Below are positions 53,176-64,000 of a DNA stretch of 64,000 nt, piece after piece. Source of the DNA: Eledone cirrhosa (Eukaryota); assembly GCA_964016885.1 (NCBI GenBank), contig OZ024743.1, positions 63,054,001 through 63,118,000 of the forward strand. Reading direction: 5' to 3'. Position numbers and translations under genes: made by a program. Every line of letters begins with the position of its first letter. Positions within the stretch are counted from its first letter, which is position 1. Below the pieces are notes generated by a model that saw only the letters and a list, made by a program, of their open reading frames with translations, made no database searches and was not told the DNA's origin.

Positions 53176-54451
53176 TAATAATATATTAATGATTATAATG
53201 ACAACTTTCTATATAGGTATGAAGCTTGCTTAGGGGAGAGGAATGAGGTGTAATATTCAAGGGTTTTCCAATATAAATAAAGTGAAATATTTCTAATCAG
53301 AACTCAAAAGTGAGTGAGTTCCAGATTTATTTTGCAAAGGACACAGCTTTACTCTATATTGCTTAACAAAACAACAACAACAACAACAAAAACCACACCA
53401 ATGATTTATCACATTGACACAAAGCCACAAAATTGTAATGGAATGGTACAGTAGTTCATAGATAATAGTACATATTTTTTATTAATTCTAAAGCAATGAT
53501 AAGCATTCTTGACCACAGAGTTAACCCTTTTGATAACAATCTGCCTAAAACTGTCCTTCGTTCTATGGCTGTTTATTTCAAAATATTTGCATCTATCTAA
53601 AACCATTTCACCATAATTTGATGTAAGAAACTTTTTTTAACCCTTTCATTAATATATTTCTAATGAAGGACAGTCTGTGATTTTCAAATAATTTTGTAAA
53701 TAATGAATAATTCTGATGAGATTTAGTAATATAACTACCTTTTGCATTATTTATCTGGTGTTTGGGACACAGATTAACAAATGCTATTTACATAAAATTA
53801 TGATGGAAGGTTTCTAGATAGACACAAACACTTTAGAATACAGTGTTGTATCATAGAACCAGTGATGGTTTCAGGTAGTTTGGTATCAAAGAGTTAAACT
53901 AAGTTTAAACATCAGCTTAATATTACTAAATCCCTCTGAATTCTTAATTATTTTCAAAGTTATTTGAAAATCATAGGTAGGGTCTTACATTGGAAATATG
54001 GTAATAATACGGTGAACACTTTGAATGTAGAAGGACAGAAGTAAATACTGTAAGGAGTTTAATATGGCTCTTTACTATTTTTGCCATTTCACTTCCTCAA
54101 TTAAAAAAAAATAAGGCCATTTTTTTCTAAAGTAAAATTGCTTTGAAGCTACAGCTACCATGGAAAACTAATTTTAACCATTAAAAAAAATGACTTGCAA
54201 AATCAGATATATTCATTTTACATTTATCATTTATCTCCTGTTGTCAAAGTGTTGACATCAGGAAAGAAATGATGTTTTTGTGTATGTATGTGTGTTTTTA
54301 AATGGCTTAAATGACACTTCCATTATGTAATAGTTTGAATTAATTCCATTATATTACTGAATTTATTTTATCATATTTTATGTCTTCTACAACCACAGGT
54401 TAACTAATGCTTTGTGAGTGAAACTTAATAAATAGAAATTGCAGAAGTCTG

Positions 54452-54489
<38 letters not shown>

Positions 54490-54568
54490 CAGGGGTGGAC
54501 GGTGGCTCCGTAAGCCGTAGTGTAGGCAACCCGTCTGGCAGGAGCTCAGGCGTCGGAGTCCCAAATCC

Positions 54569-54609
<41 letters not shown>

Positions 54610-54865
54610 GAATATATATATACATATCATCATGTATATATAGACATATATATGTATATATATATACATATCATCATCATCATGTATATATATATATACA
54701 TATACATATATATATATACACATATACATATGTATATGTATATACATATCATCATCATCATCATGTATATATATATACATACCATCATCCTCATGCATAT
54801 ATATATATATATATACATATCATCATCATGTATATATATAAATATACATATATATACATATCATC

Positions 54866-54910
<45 letters not shown>

Positions 54911-54939
54911 GTATATATATATATATACATATCATCATC

Positions 54940-54978
<39 letters not shown>

Positions 54979-55083
54979 TATATATATATATATACATATC
55001 ATCATCATCATGTATATATATATATATATATATACATACATACATACATACATACATACATCATCATCATGTATATATATATA

Positions 55084-57132
55084 CATCATCATCAACGTTT
55101 AACGTCCGTGTTCCACGCTTGCATGGGTTTGGACGGGGGTAGTCCCACTTGAGGCAAGAGTGATTGTCTTGCTCACATAGGACTGTCTGGCAGGTTTTCT
55201 ACAGTTGGATGCCCTTCCTAACACCAACCACATTTACAGTGTGGGTCTGGGAGGTTTTTACCGTGTTGCCTACACGGCCACATTACAGCGTGGACTGTGT
55301 GTTTTTTTTTCGTGACACCTACACGATCTCATTTGTTTCGGCCTCGATGTTGTGGCACCAACATAACTTTACATAGAAGGGGGTGGTGTGGATGGGGGTG
55401 TGGGTGGTGGGACGGGGGTGTATTTTGTTAGAGATGCCTACTGGCTGTAGTAGGTTTTACTATGTATTTAGGTAAGGCGGGTCTTCTCTATTACTGAGTA
55501 CCGCCAAAGGTCTCGGTCCAGTGACATTGTCTTGGAGAGGTATAAGTGTGTGAGGTCGGAGTTTATCAGCTCGTCCCAGGATTTTCTAGGTCTGCCTATT
55601 CCGTGGCTACCGTCTATCTTTATTGCCCTGCACTTTGTTATACAGCTATCGACTTTCATGCGCATCACGTGTCCGTACCAACGTAGCCTTCTCTCGAGTA
55701 AACATCTGATCCCTCTTATTTCTAATTTTTTCCTTAGTTCGTTTATGCTTTGCCGTTCACGTATATTACTATTACACATCCAGCGGAGCATGCAAGCTTC
55801 GTTCCTCTCTAGTCTGCGTATATCCTCTGTGCACAATGCCCAGGTCTCGCTGCCATGCAACATTGCTGTTCGTATGCAGGCATCATACAACCTGCCTTTC
55901 ATTTTTAGGGAGAACCCTTTAACGGCTAATAGTGGTATAAGCTCTCTGAACTTTTTCCATCCAGTTCTGACTCTAGCTACTGTACTTTCGGAGCACCCTC
56001 CCCCACTTCTGATTTTGTCACCCAGGTAACGGAAGCTGTCCACTATTTCTATAGAGCCCTCTGCGCAATTGAAAGAGTTAGTATTTTGTGGGCACTCGCT
56101 GCTACTTATTGCACCAGAGCACCGCCCACATGTAAAATCTAAGTTCTTAGTTAGCTTACCTGTGATCCCACTACATCTTTTATGCACCCATACTTTGCAT
56201 TTGGGACATAAAATGGAGTTTCTACCTACTCCTTTCCTACACATTGAGCATGGCCATTTCCCGGAAGGGACCGCCGCCTTATTTTCTTTCCTACAAACTA
56301 GAACTTTAGTCTTAGCCAGGTTAATTTTAAGGCCTTTTGATTCTAGGCCGTGCTTCCATGTTTGGAATTTCTTCTCTAGCTCGGCCATTGATTCAGCTAT
56401 GAGTGTCAGGTCGTCTGCGTATAGGAGTTCCCATGGGCAGCCGGTCTTGAACTCCTCTGTTATAGCCCTGAAGGGCAATAATAAATAGTAGGGGACTGAG
56501 AACGGAGCCCTGATGGACGCCAACTTTTACGCTAAACTCTTCACTATATTCGTTGTTAATTCTAACCTTGCTGACTGTTTCTTTATACATGGCTTGTATA
56601 GCTCTCACAAGCCATTCGTCGACACCTAGTTTTCTAAGGGCCCACCAGATAATGGAACGGGGGACTCTGTCGAAGGCTTTCTCCAAGTCGAGAAAAGCTA
56701 AGTAGAGGGGTTTACCTTTAGCTAGGTACTTCTCCTGTAGTTGACGTACAATGAAAAGAGCGTCTGTGGTACTTTTGCCTGACACAAACCCGAACTGCAT
56801 TTCATCTAGGTCAATTCTCTCTCCGATTAGTTGCGCTATTACTTTTTCTGTGACCTTCATGACCTGGTCGATTAGTTTAATGCCTCTATAGTTACTCCTA
56901 TCTAGGGCGTCTCCTTTACCCTTATAACAGTTAACGATGATGCTGCTATGCCAGTCCTTCGGAACAACCCCATTCTGTACGACTTGGTTAACTATCCGGG
57001 TGACCAAGGTGTGTCCCACCGAGCCAGATGCCTTCAGCATCTCAGCAACTATTTCCGAAGGCCCAGCCGCCTTACACGTCTTCATATCCTTGATTGCCTT
57101 ACTTATTATACTACCCTCGACTAACACTGCTG
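55084..57132 (-). mobile_element. RTE-A LINE, 5'-truncated, one frameshift near 56466
   Basis: ORFs 56393..(57132) and 55468..56523 give RT, finger and C-terminus, very similar to the 27408 copy. Both read IRCLLER where the 26278 and 48218 copies read IRCCLLER. Confidence 0.93.
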
Positions 57133-57134
57133 AG

Positions 57135-57135
<1 letters not shown>

Positions 57136-57166
<31 letters not shown>

Positions 57167-57800
57167 CATACATACATATATACATACATACATATATACA
57201 TACATACATATATACATACATACATATATATATACATATATATATACATACATGTATATATACATACATGTATATATACATACATATATATATACATACA
57301 TATATATATACATACATATATATATACATACATATATATATACATACATATATATATACATACATACATATATATATACATACATATATATATACATATA
57401 TATATATACATACATATATATATACATATATATATATACATACATATATACATACATATATATATATATATACATACATATATACATACATACATATATA
57501 CATATATATATATACATACATATATATATACATACATATATATATACATACATATATATATATACATACATATATATATATATACATACATATATATATA
57601 TACATACATATATATATATATACATACATATATATATATACATACATACATATATATATACATACATATATATATATATACATACATATATATATATATA
57701 CATACATATATATATATATACATACATACATATATATATACATACATATATATATATACATACATATATATATACATACATATATATATATACATACATA

Positions 57801-57841
<41 letters not shown>

Positions 57842-57940
57842 ACATACATATATATATATACATACATATATATATATACATACATATATATATATACATA
57901 CATATATATATATACATACATATATATATATACATACATA

Positions 57941-57972
<32 letters not shown>

Positions 57973-57983
57973 CATATATATAC

Positions 57984-58031
<48 letters not shown>

Positions 58032-58280
58032 ACATACATATATATATATACATATATATATATACATATATATATATACATACATATATATATATACATA
58101 CATATATATATACATACATATATATATACATACATATATATATATATATACATACATATATACATACATACATATATATATACATACATATATATATACA
58201 TACATATATACATACATACATACATACATATATATACATACATATATACATGTACATATATACATACATACATACATACA

Positions 58281-58316
<36 letters not shown>

Positions 58317-58351
58317 TATACATACATACATATATATATATACATATATAT
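57136..58351. repeat. ~1.2-kb (TA)n/(CATA)n compound microsatellite
   Basis: Direct reading. Similar tracts at 54456-55083, 61136-61904, 62363-62970, 63613-64000 and 26941-27184. Confidence 0.95.
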
Positions 58352-58599
58352 ATGGTGGCTGCCAACTCGTTTTCGAGTACGGCCACTACTTTATATCCAT
58401 GTAGGACAACCCCGACCGATGCACTGAACGAGTGTTTGACGTTTTAGTCCAGCCAGCGACTTGAAAACTCTGGTACAAACACTACACTTGTGACAATTAT
58501 TGACACATAGTGCTTTGCCCTTGGTACCATGTGACAAGTGCAGAGAGATCTCCAGATACAAAGCAATGCTTGTGCCGTGAAGCTTTTATAGTGAGCAAA
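58352..58599 (-). mobile_element. Bipartite RTE derivative, 5'-truncated
   Basis: Matches the 3' ~250 bp of 58673-59282; bounded by TA/CATA repeat on both sides. Confidence 0.8.
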
Positions 58600-58672
58600 T
58601 ATATATACATATATATATACATACATATATACATATATATATACATACATATATCTATACATATATATATAC

Positions 58673-59282
58673 ATGGTGGCTGCCAACTCGTTTTCGAGTA
58701 TGGCCACTACTTTATATCCATGTAGGAGAACCCCTCCAGATGCGCTGAACGAGTGTGACTTTTTAGTCCAACCAGCGACTTGAAAACTCTGGTACAAACA
58801 CTACACTTGTGACAATTATTGACACATAGTGTTGGGCCCATGGTACCATGTGATGACAAGTGCAGAGAGATCTCCAGATATAAAGCAATGCCTGTGCCGT
58901 GAAGCTTTTATAGTGAGCAAAGGCATTGCACAAAGCCAGTCCCACTCTCTTAACCAAGATGATATTTACCAAAAAGAAGAACAAGTCAACATCATTGGAT
59001 ACTATCAGGGTTGCAGGTGTTATATCAGAGTTTTCCTTCTCCTAGAATTCTGCCTTGACAAAGGCTAAGGGGTGATCTCTCCCGGTGATTTTGGATGGCC
59101 ATTGACTCTTAAGAGCTCCTTTGCCCTTTGACAGGTTTTGTTTTTAGTCCTACAGGATGTCCAAAGTCACACTCCTCACCAAGAAACCTTGGTGGGGTTG
59201 CCAGTTTAATCGCCAACGACCCGACTATGAGACAGGTTGTACTGGGATACATGTTACCAGTAGCACCAACTGGTGACCTGAC
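58673..59282 (-). mobile_element. Bipartite RTE derivative, full length
   Basis: Same 5' start (GTCAGGTCACC) and 3' end (GGCAGCCACCAT) as 25668-26277. Confidence 0.8.
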
Positions 59283-59320
59283 ATATATATATACATACAT
59301 ATATATATATATATATATAC

Positions 59321-59392
59321 ATGATGGCTGCCCCCTCGTTATCGAGTATGGCCATTGCACGAGAAGAAAAAAAAAAAAAAAAAAAAAATAAG

Positions 59393-59424
<32 letters not shown>

Positions 59425-61135
59425 AAAAAAATAAAAAAAGAAATATATATATATATATATATACATACATACATACATATATACATACACACATATATAC
59501 ACACACATATACATTAATAACAATAATAATAGCAATAATAATAATAACGACAACAACAATAATAATATACATATTCATATATACACACACACACACGCAC
59601 GCACAAAAGCATATCTACACACACACACACACGATAGCAACTAACAGTGCTGCGATCGAGTGTGGCTTTTTAGCCCAGCCAATGATCTAAAATGTCTTGC
59701 ACAGAGTCGGCAACCAAAACATTCACTGGGAATAGTCGGCTGTGGTTGGAGTTTGTGTACTTTTGCATGTCGCTTGAGCCCTCCTGCTGATTTACATTCT
59801 CTACCACATGTTTGGCAAGCACGATGAGTAGCATCTCCAACAGCAGCCTGGTAGTCAACCACTGGTCTTACTTTATGACTGCGAAGATGACTTTCGAGTC
59901 CAGCCTTGCTGAGGCAGAGTCTCGCACAGACGCTGCATGTCAGCACCATAGGAGGACCCTCGCCGTCTGGAAGTGCAACAGCAATGCCCTTCCTCACATC
60001 CCGCTTTACTTTCTCGTATGCGATTCGAGATGCCTCAAAGGCAACTTTTCCCTCATATACAGTCTTTCTCCATTTATTACAATCAGCAGCAACATTTTCC
60101 CATGTATCAGCAGAGATGTTAGCGTCTTTCAGAGAGGCTTTCAAGGAATCCTTATACCTCTTTTTTTGGTTTATGTGGCGGTCGTTTTCCTTTAATCAAC
60201 TCTCCATAAAAGAGTTGTTTTGGTATTCTAGAATCCTTCATCCTGGCAAGGTGACCACTCCAACAGAGTCGTTGCTTAAGCACAAGAGCTTCTATACTGT
60301 CACACATAGAGCTTTCGAAAATCTCGACATCACTGATGTGGTCCCTCCAGTGAACGCCATGGATCCGTCTGAGACACATCTGATGGAAACGCTCCAATTG
60401 CTTAAGGTGGTGTCGATATGTGACCCAGGTCTCGCAGGCATAAAGAAGACAAGAGAGCACACATGCCCTGTACACCTTTACCTTTGTCCTCCTGCATATG
60501 TCTCGCCGACCCCAGAGTCGCCTTTCTAGCTTTCCGAAAGCATCACTTGCTTTCCTAATCCTAAGTGAGATTTCACTGTCAAGGTTGCTGTATCGATTGA
60601 CAGTGCTCCCCAGGTAGACAAACTGATCAACCACTCCAAGTCGTTTGCCATACACATAGATGTTTGGTTCAGTGTACTGCTTACCAGGGGCAGGTTGGTA
60701 CATGACGACGGTTTTCTTGAGACTGACAGTCAATCCTAGGGCAGTGCAAGCGTAAGAAAATGCATTCAAAATGTGCTGCATATCACTCTCTGTGTGCGCT
60801 ACAAGATCGCAATCATCTGCATACAAGAGGTCTCTTATGATTGATGTAAATACTTTTGTCTTCGCAGCAAAGCGCCTGATGTTAAATATGCTGCCTGAGG
60901 TTCGATATCGGATGTAAACACCAGGCTCGCAATTCCTGAATGCAATACAGAAAACCATTGCAAAGTATATGGCAAACAGGGTCAGTGCTGGAATATCCCC
61001 GTTTCACTCCATTTGTTACTGAGATAGGCTCCGACATTAACCCAAGCCTTCATGTCGTCATGGAAAGACCTAACTAAAGCAAGGAACTTATCAGGACAAC
61101 CAAGTTTCTGGAGAACCTTCCATAATGCATCTCTG
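59321..61135 (-). mobile_element. RTE-B (BovB-like) LINE, 5'-truncated, three C-terminal C2H2 fingers
   Basis: [67 protein letters not shown] are BovB-type RT and C-terminal motifs. ORF 59641..60144 carries three CxxC-x12-HxxxH-type motifs. Assigning 59321-59366 as its 3' terminus is an inference. Confidence 0.88.
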
Positions 61136-61904
61136 TATATACATACATATATACATACATATATATATATATACATACATATATATATACATACATATAT
61201 ATATACATACATACATATATATATAGATACACATATATATACATACACATATATATACATACACATATATATACATACACATATATATACATACATATAT
61301 ATATATACATACACATATATATACATACATATATATATACATACACATATATATACATACATATATATACATACACATATATATAGATACACATATATAT
61401 ACATACACATATATATATACATACACATATATATATACATACACATGTATATACATACATACACATGTATATATATACATACACATATATATATACACAT
61501 ATATATATACATACACATGTATATACATACATACACATATATACATACATACATACATATATAAATACATATATATATACATACATATATATATACATAC
61601 ATATATATATACATACATATATATATACATACATATATATATAAATACATATATATATAAATACATATATATATAAATACATATATATATACATACATAT
61701 ATATATACATACATACATATATATATATACATACATATATATATATATAAATACATATATATATATATAAATACATATATATATACATACATATATATAT
61801 ACATACATATATATATACATACATATATATATACATACATATATATATACATACATATATATATACATACATATATATATACATACATATATATATACAT
61901 ACAT

Positions 61905-62362
61905 ATGGTGGCTGCCAACTCGTTTTCGAGTACGGCCACTACTTTATATCCATGTAGGAGAACCCCTACCGATGCGCTGAACGAGTGTGACTTTTTAGTC
62001 CAGCCAGCGACTTGAAAACTCTGGTACAAACACTACACTTGTGACAATTATTGACACAGTGCTGGGCCCATGGTACCATGTGACGACAAGGGCAAAGAGA
62101 TCTCCAGATATAAAGCAATGCCTGTGCCGTGAAGCTTTTATAGTGAGCAAAGACACTGCACAAAGCCAGTCCCACTCTCTTAACCAAGATGATATTTACC
62201 AAAAAGAAGAACAAGTCAACATCATTGGATACCATCAGGGTTGCAGGTGTTATATCAGAGTTTTCCTTCTCCTAGAATTCTGCCTTGACAAAGGCTAAGG
62301 GGTCATCTCTCCCGGTGATTTTGGATGGCCATTGACTCTTAAGAGCTCCTTTGCCCTTTGAC
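61905..62362 (-). mobile_element. Bipartite RTE derivative, 5'-truncated
   Basis: Matches 58673-59132. ORF 61966..62235 ends [26 protein letters not shown]. Confidence 0.8.
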
Positions 62363-62514
62363 TTATACATACATATATATATATACATACATATATATAT
62401 ATGTACATACATACATATATACATATATATATATATACATATATATACATATATATACATATATACATATACATATATATACATATATATACATATATAC
62501 ATATACATATATAC

Positions 62515-62547
<33 letters not shown>

Positions 62548-62583
62548 CATATACATACATATATATACATACATACATATATA

Positions 62584-62651
<68 letters not shown>

Positions 62652-62708
62652 CATATATATATATATATACATACATATATATACATATATATACATACAT
62701 ATATATAC

Positions 62709-62770
<62 letters not shown>

Positions 62771-62970
62771 GTATATATACATATATGTATATATACATAC
62801 ATATACATATATATATACATACATATATATATATACATACATATATACATACATATATATATATATACATATATATACATACATATATATATACATATAT
62901 ACATACATATATATATGCATATATATATACATATATATATATACATACATATATATATATATACATACAT

Positions 62971-63612
62971 ATCATCATCATCATCTTCATCATCAGTTTT
63001 ACCGTCCGTGTTCCACGCTTGCATGGGTTTGGACGGGGGTTTTCCCACTTGAGGCAAGAGTGGTTGTCTTGCTCGCATAGGACTGTCTGGCGGGTTTTCT
63101 ACAGTTGGATGCCCTTCCTAACACCAACCACATTTACAGTGTGGGGCTGGGAGGTTTTTACCGTGTTGCCTACACGGCCACATTACAGCGTGGACTGTCT
63201 GGCGGGTTTTCTACAGCTGAAATGCCCTTCCTAACACCAACCACATTTACAGTGTGGGGCTGGGAGGTTTTTACCGTGTTGCCTACACGGCCACATTTAC
63301 AGCGTGGACTGTGTGTTTTTTTGTCGTGACACCTACACGATCTCATTTGTTTCGGCCTGGATGTTGTGGGACCAACATAACTTTACATTGAAAGGGGCGG
63401 TGTGGATGGGGTGGAGGTGGTGGGACGGGGGTGTGTTTTGATAGAGATGCCTACTGACTATAGTAGGTTTTTACTTTGTATTTAGGTAAGGCGGGTCTTC
63501 TCTATTACTGAGTACCGCCAAAGGTCTCGGTCCAGTGACATTGTCTTGGAGAGGTGTAAGCGTGTGAGGTTGGAATTTATCAGCTCGTCCCATGTTTTTC
63601 TGGGTCTGCCTA
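62971..63612 (-). mobile_element. RTE-A 3' fragment with internal ~112-bp tandem duplication
   Basis: [13 protein letters not shown]...EKTRLT* plus 3' UTR; 63080-63191 is repeated at 63192-63306; (GAT)n tail. Confidence 0.88.
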
Positions 63613-63647
63613 TATATACATATATACACATACATATATATACATAC

Positions 63648-63685
<38 letters not shown>

Positions 63686-63917
63686 ATACATACATATATA
63701 TATATACATATATATATATACATATATATATATACATATATATATATACATATATATATATACATATATATATATACATATATATATATACATATATATA
63801 TATACATATATATATATACATATATATATATACATATATATATATACATATATATATATACATATATATATATACATATATATATATACATATATATATA
63901 TACATATATATATATAC

Positions 63918-63982
<65 letters not shown>

Positions 63983-64000
63983 CATACATATATATACATA

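Noticed and set aside
59190-59282. HDV-like, twister or hammerhead ribozyme at the 5' end of the bipartite element
   Set aside because: Partial pairings exist (GUCAGGU/ACCUGUC, UGUA-UCCCAG-UACA, CACCA/UGGUG), but by eye I could not place the P1.1 GG, a P2 adjoining P3, or a CUGANGA/GAAA core. A covariance-model search is needed.
56937-64000. Long Tyr/Ile/His/Met/Val/Cys-rich ORFs (up to 650 aa) on both strands
   Set aside because: TA/CATA microsatellite lacks stop codons in most frames, so these are not proteins. The same applies to ORFs at 7084-7458, 26677-27201 (5' part) and 54425-55152.
54456-64000. CRISPR-like or telomeric interpretation of the repeat/insert array
   Set aside because: The intervening units are recognisable retroelements of unequal length, the repeats are simple microsatellite, and there are no cas genes or TTAGGG tracts. 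The region appears intronic.

Overview
AT-rich, repeat-dense animal genomic DNA. The SINE/RTE repertoire and long (TA/CATA)n tracts suggest an octopus or other coleoid cephalopod (inference, not verified). The window appears to lie inside one minus-strand gene, a scribble (LAP-family LRR+PDZ) orthologue. I traced 8 phase-0 coding exons with GT-AG borders (1620 nt, 540 aa), from the conserved KLRRRDTPHHLKNKR motif through PDZ1 and PDZ2 to the YPVE start of PDZ3. The LRR exons and PDZ3/4 were not found and presumably lie outside the window. The introns contain: at least 6 copies of an RTE-clade LINE (RTE-A) with a C4HC3 PHD-type finger inside its RT; a BovB-like RTE (RTE-B) with three C2H2 fingers; 4 copies of a ~610-bp bipartite non-autonomous RTE derivative; a CR1-type LINE; a probable solo LTR; non-autonomous Helitrons; TTAA (piggyBac-type) MITEs; and SINEs. 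The most unusual features are a ~9.5-kb same-orientation train of seven retroelements separated only by TA-type microsatellite (54456-64000), inverted LINE copies bracketing the PDZ1 exon block, three near-perfect intronic hairpins and two candidate microexons. The long Tyr/Ile/His-rich ORFs are microsatellite artefacts.
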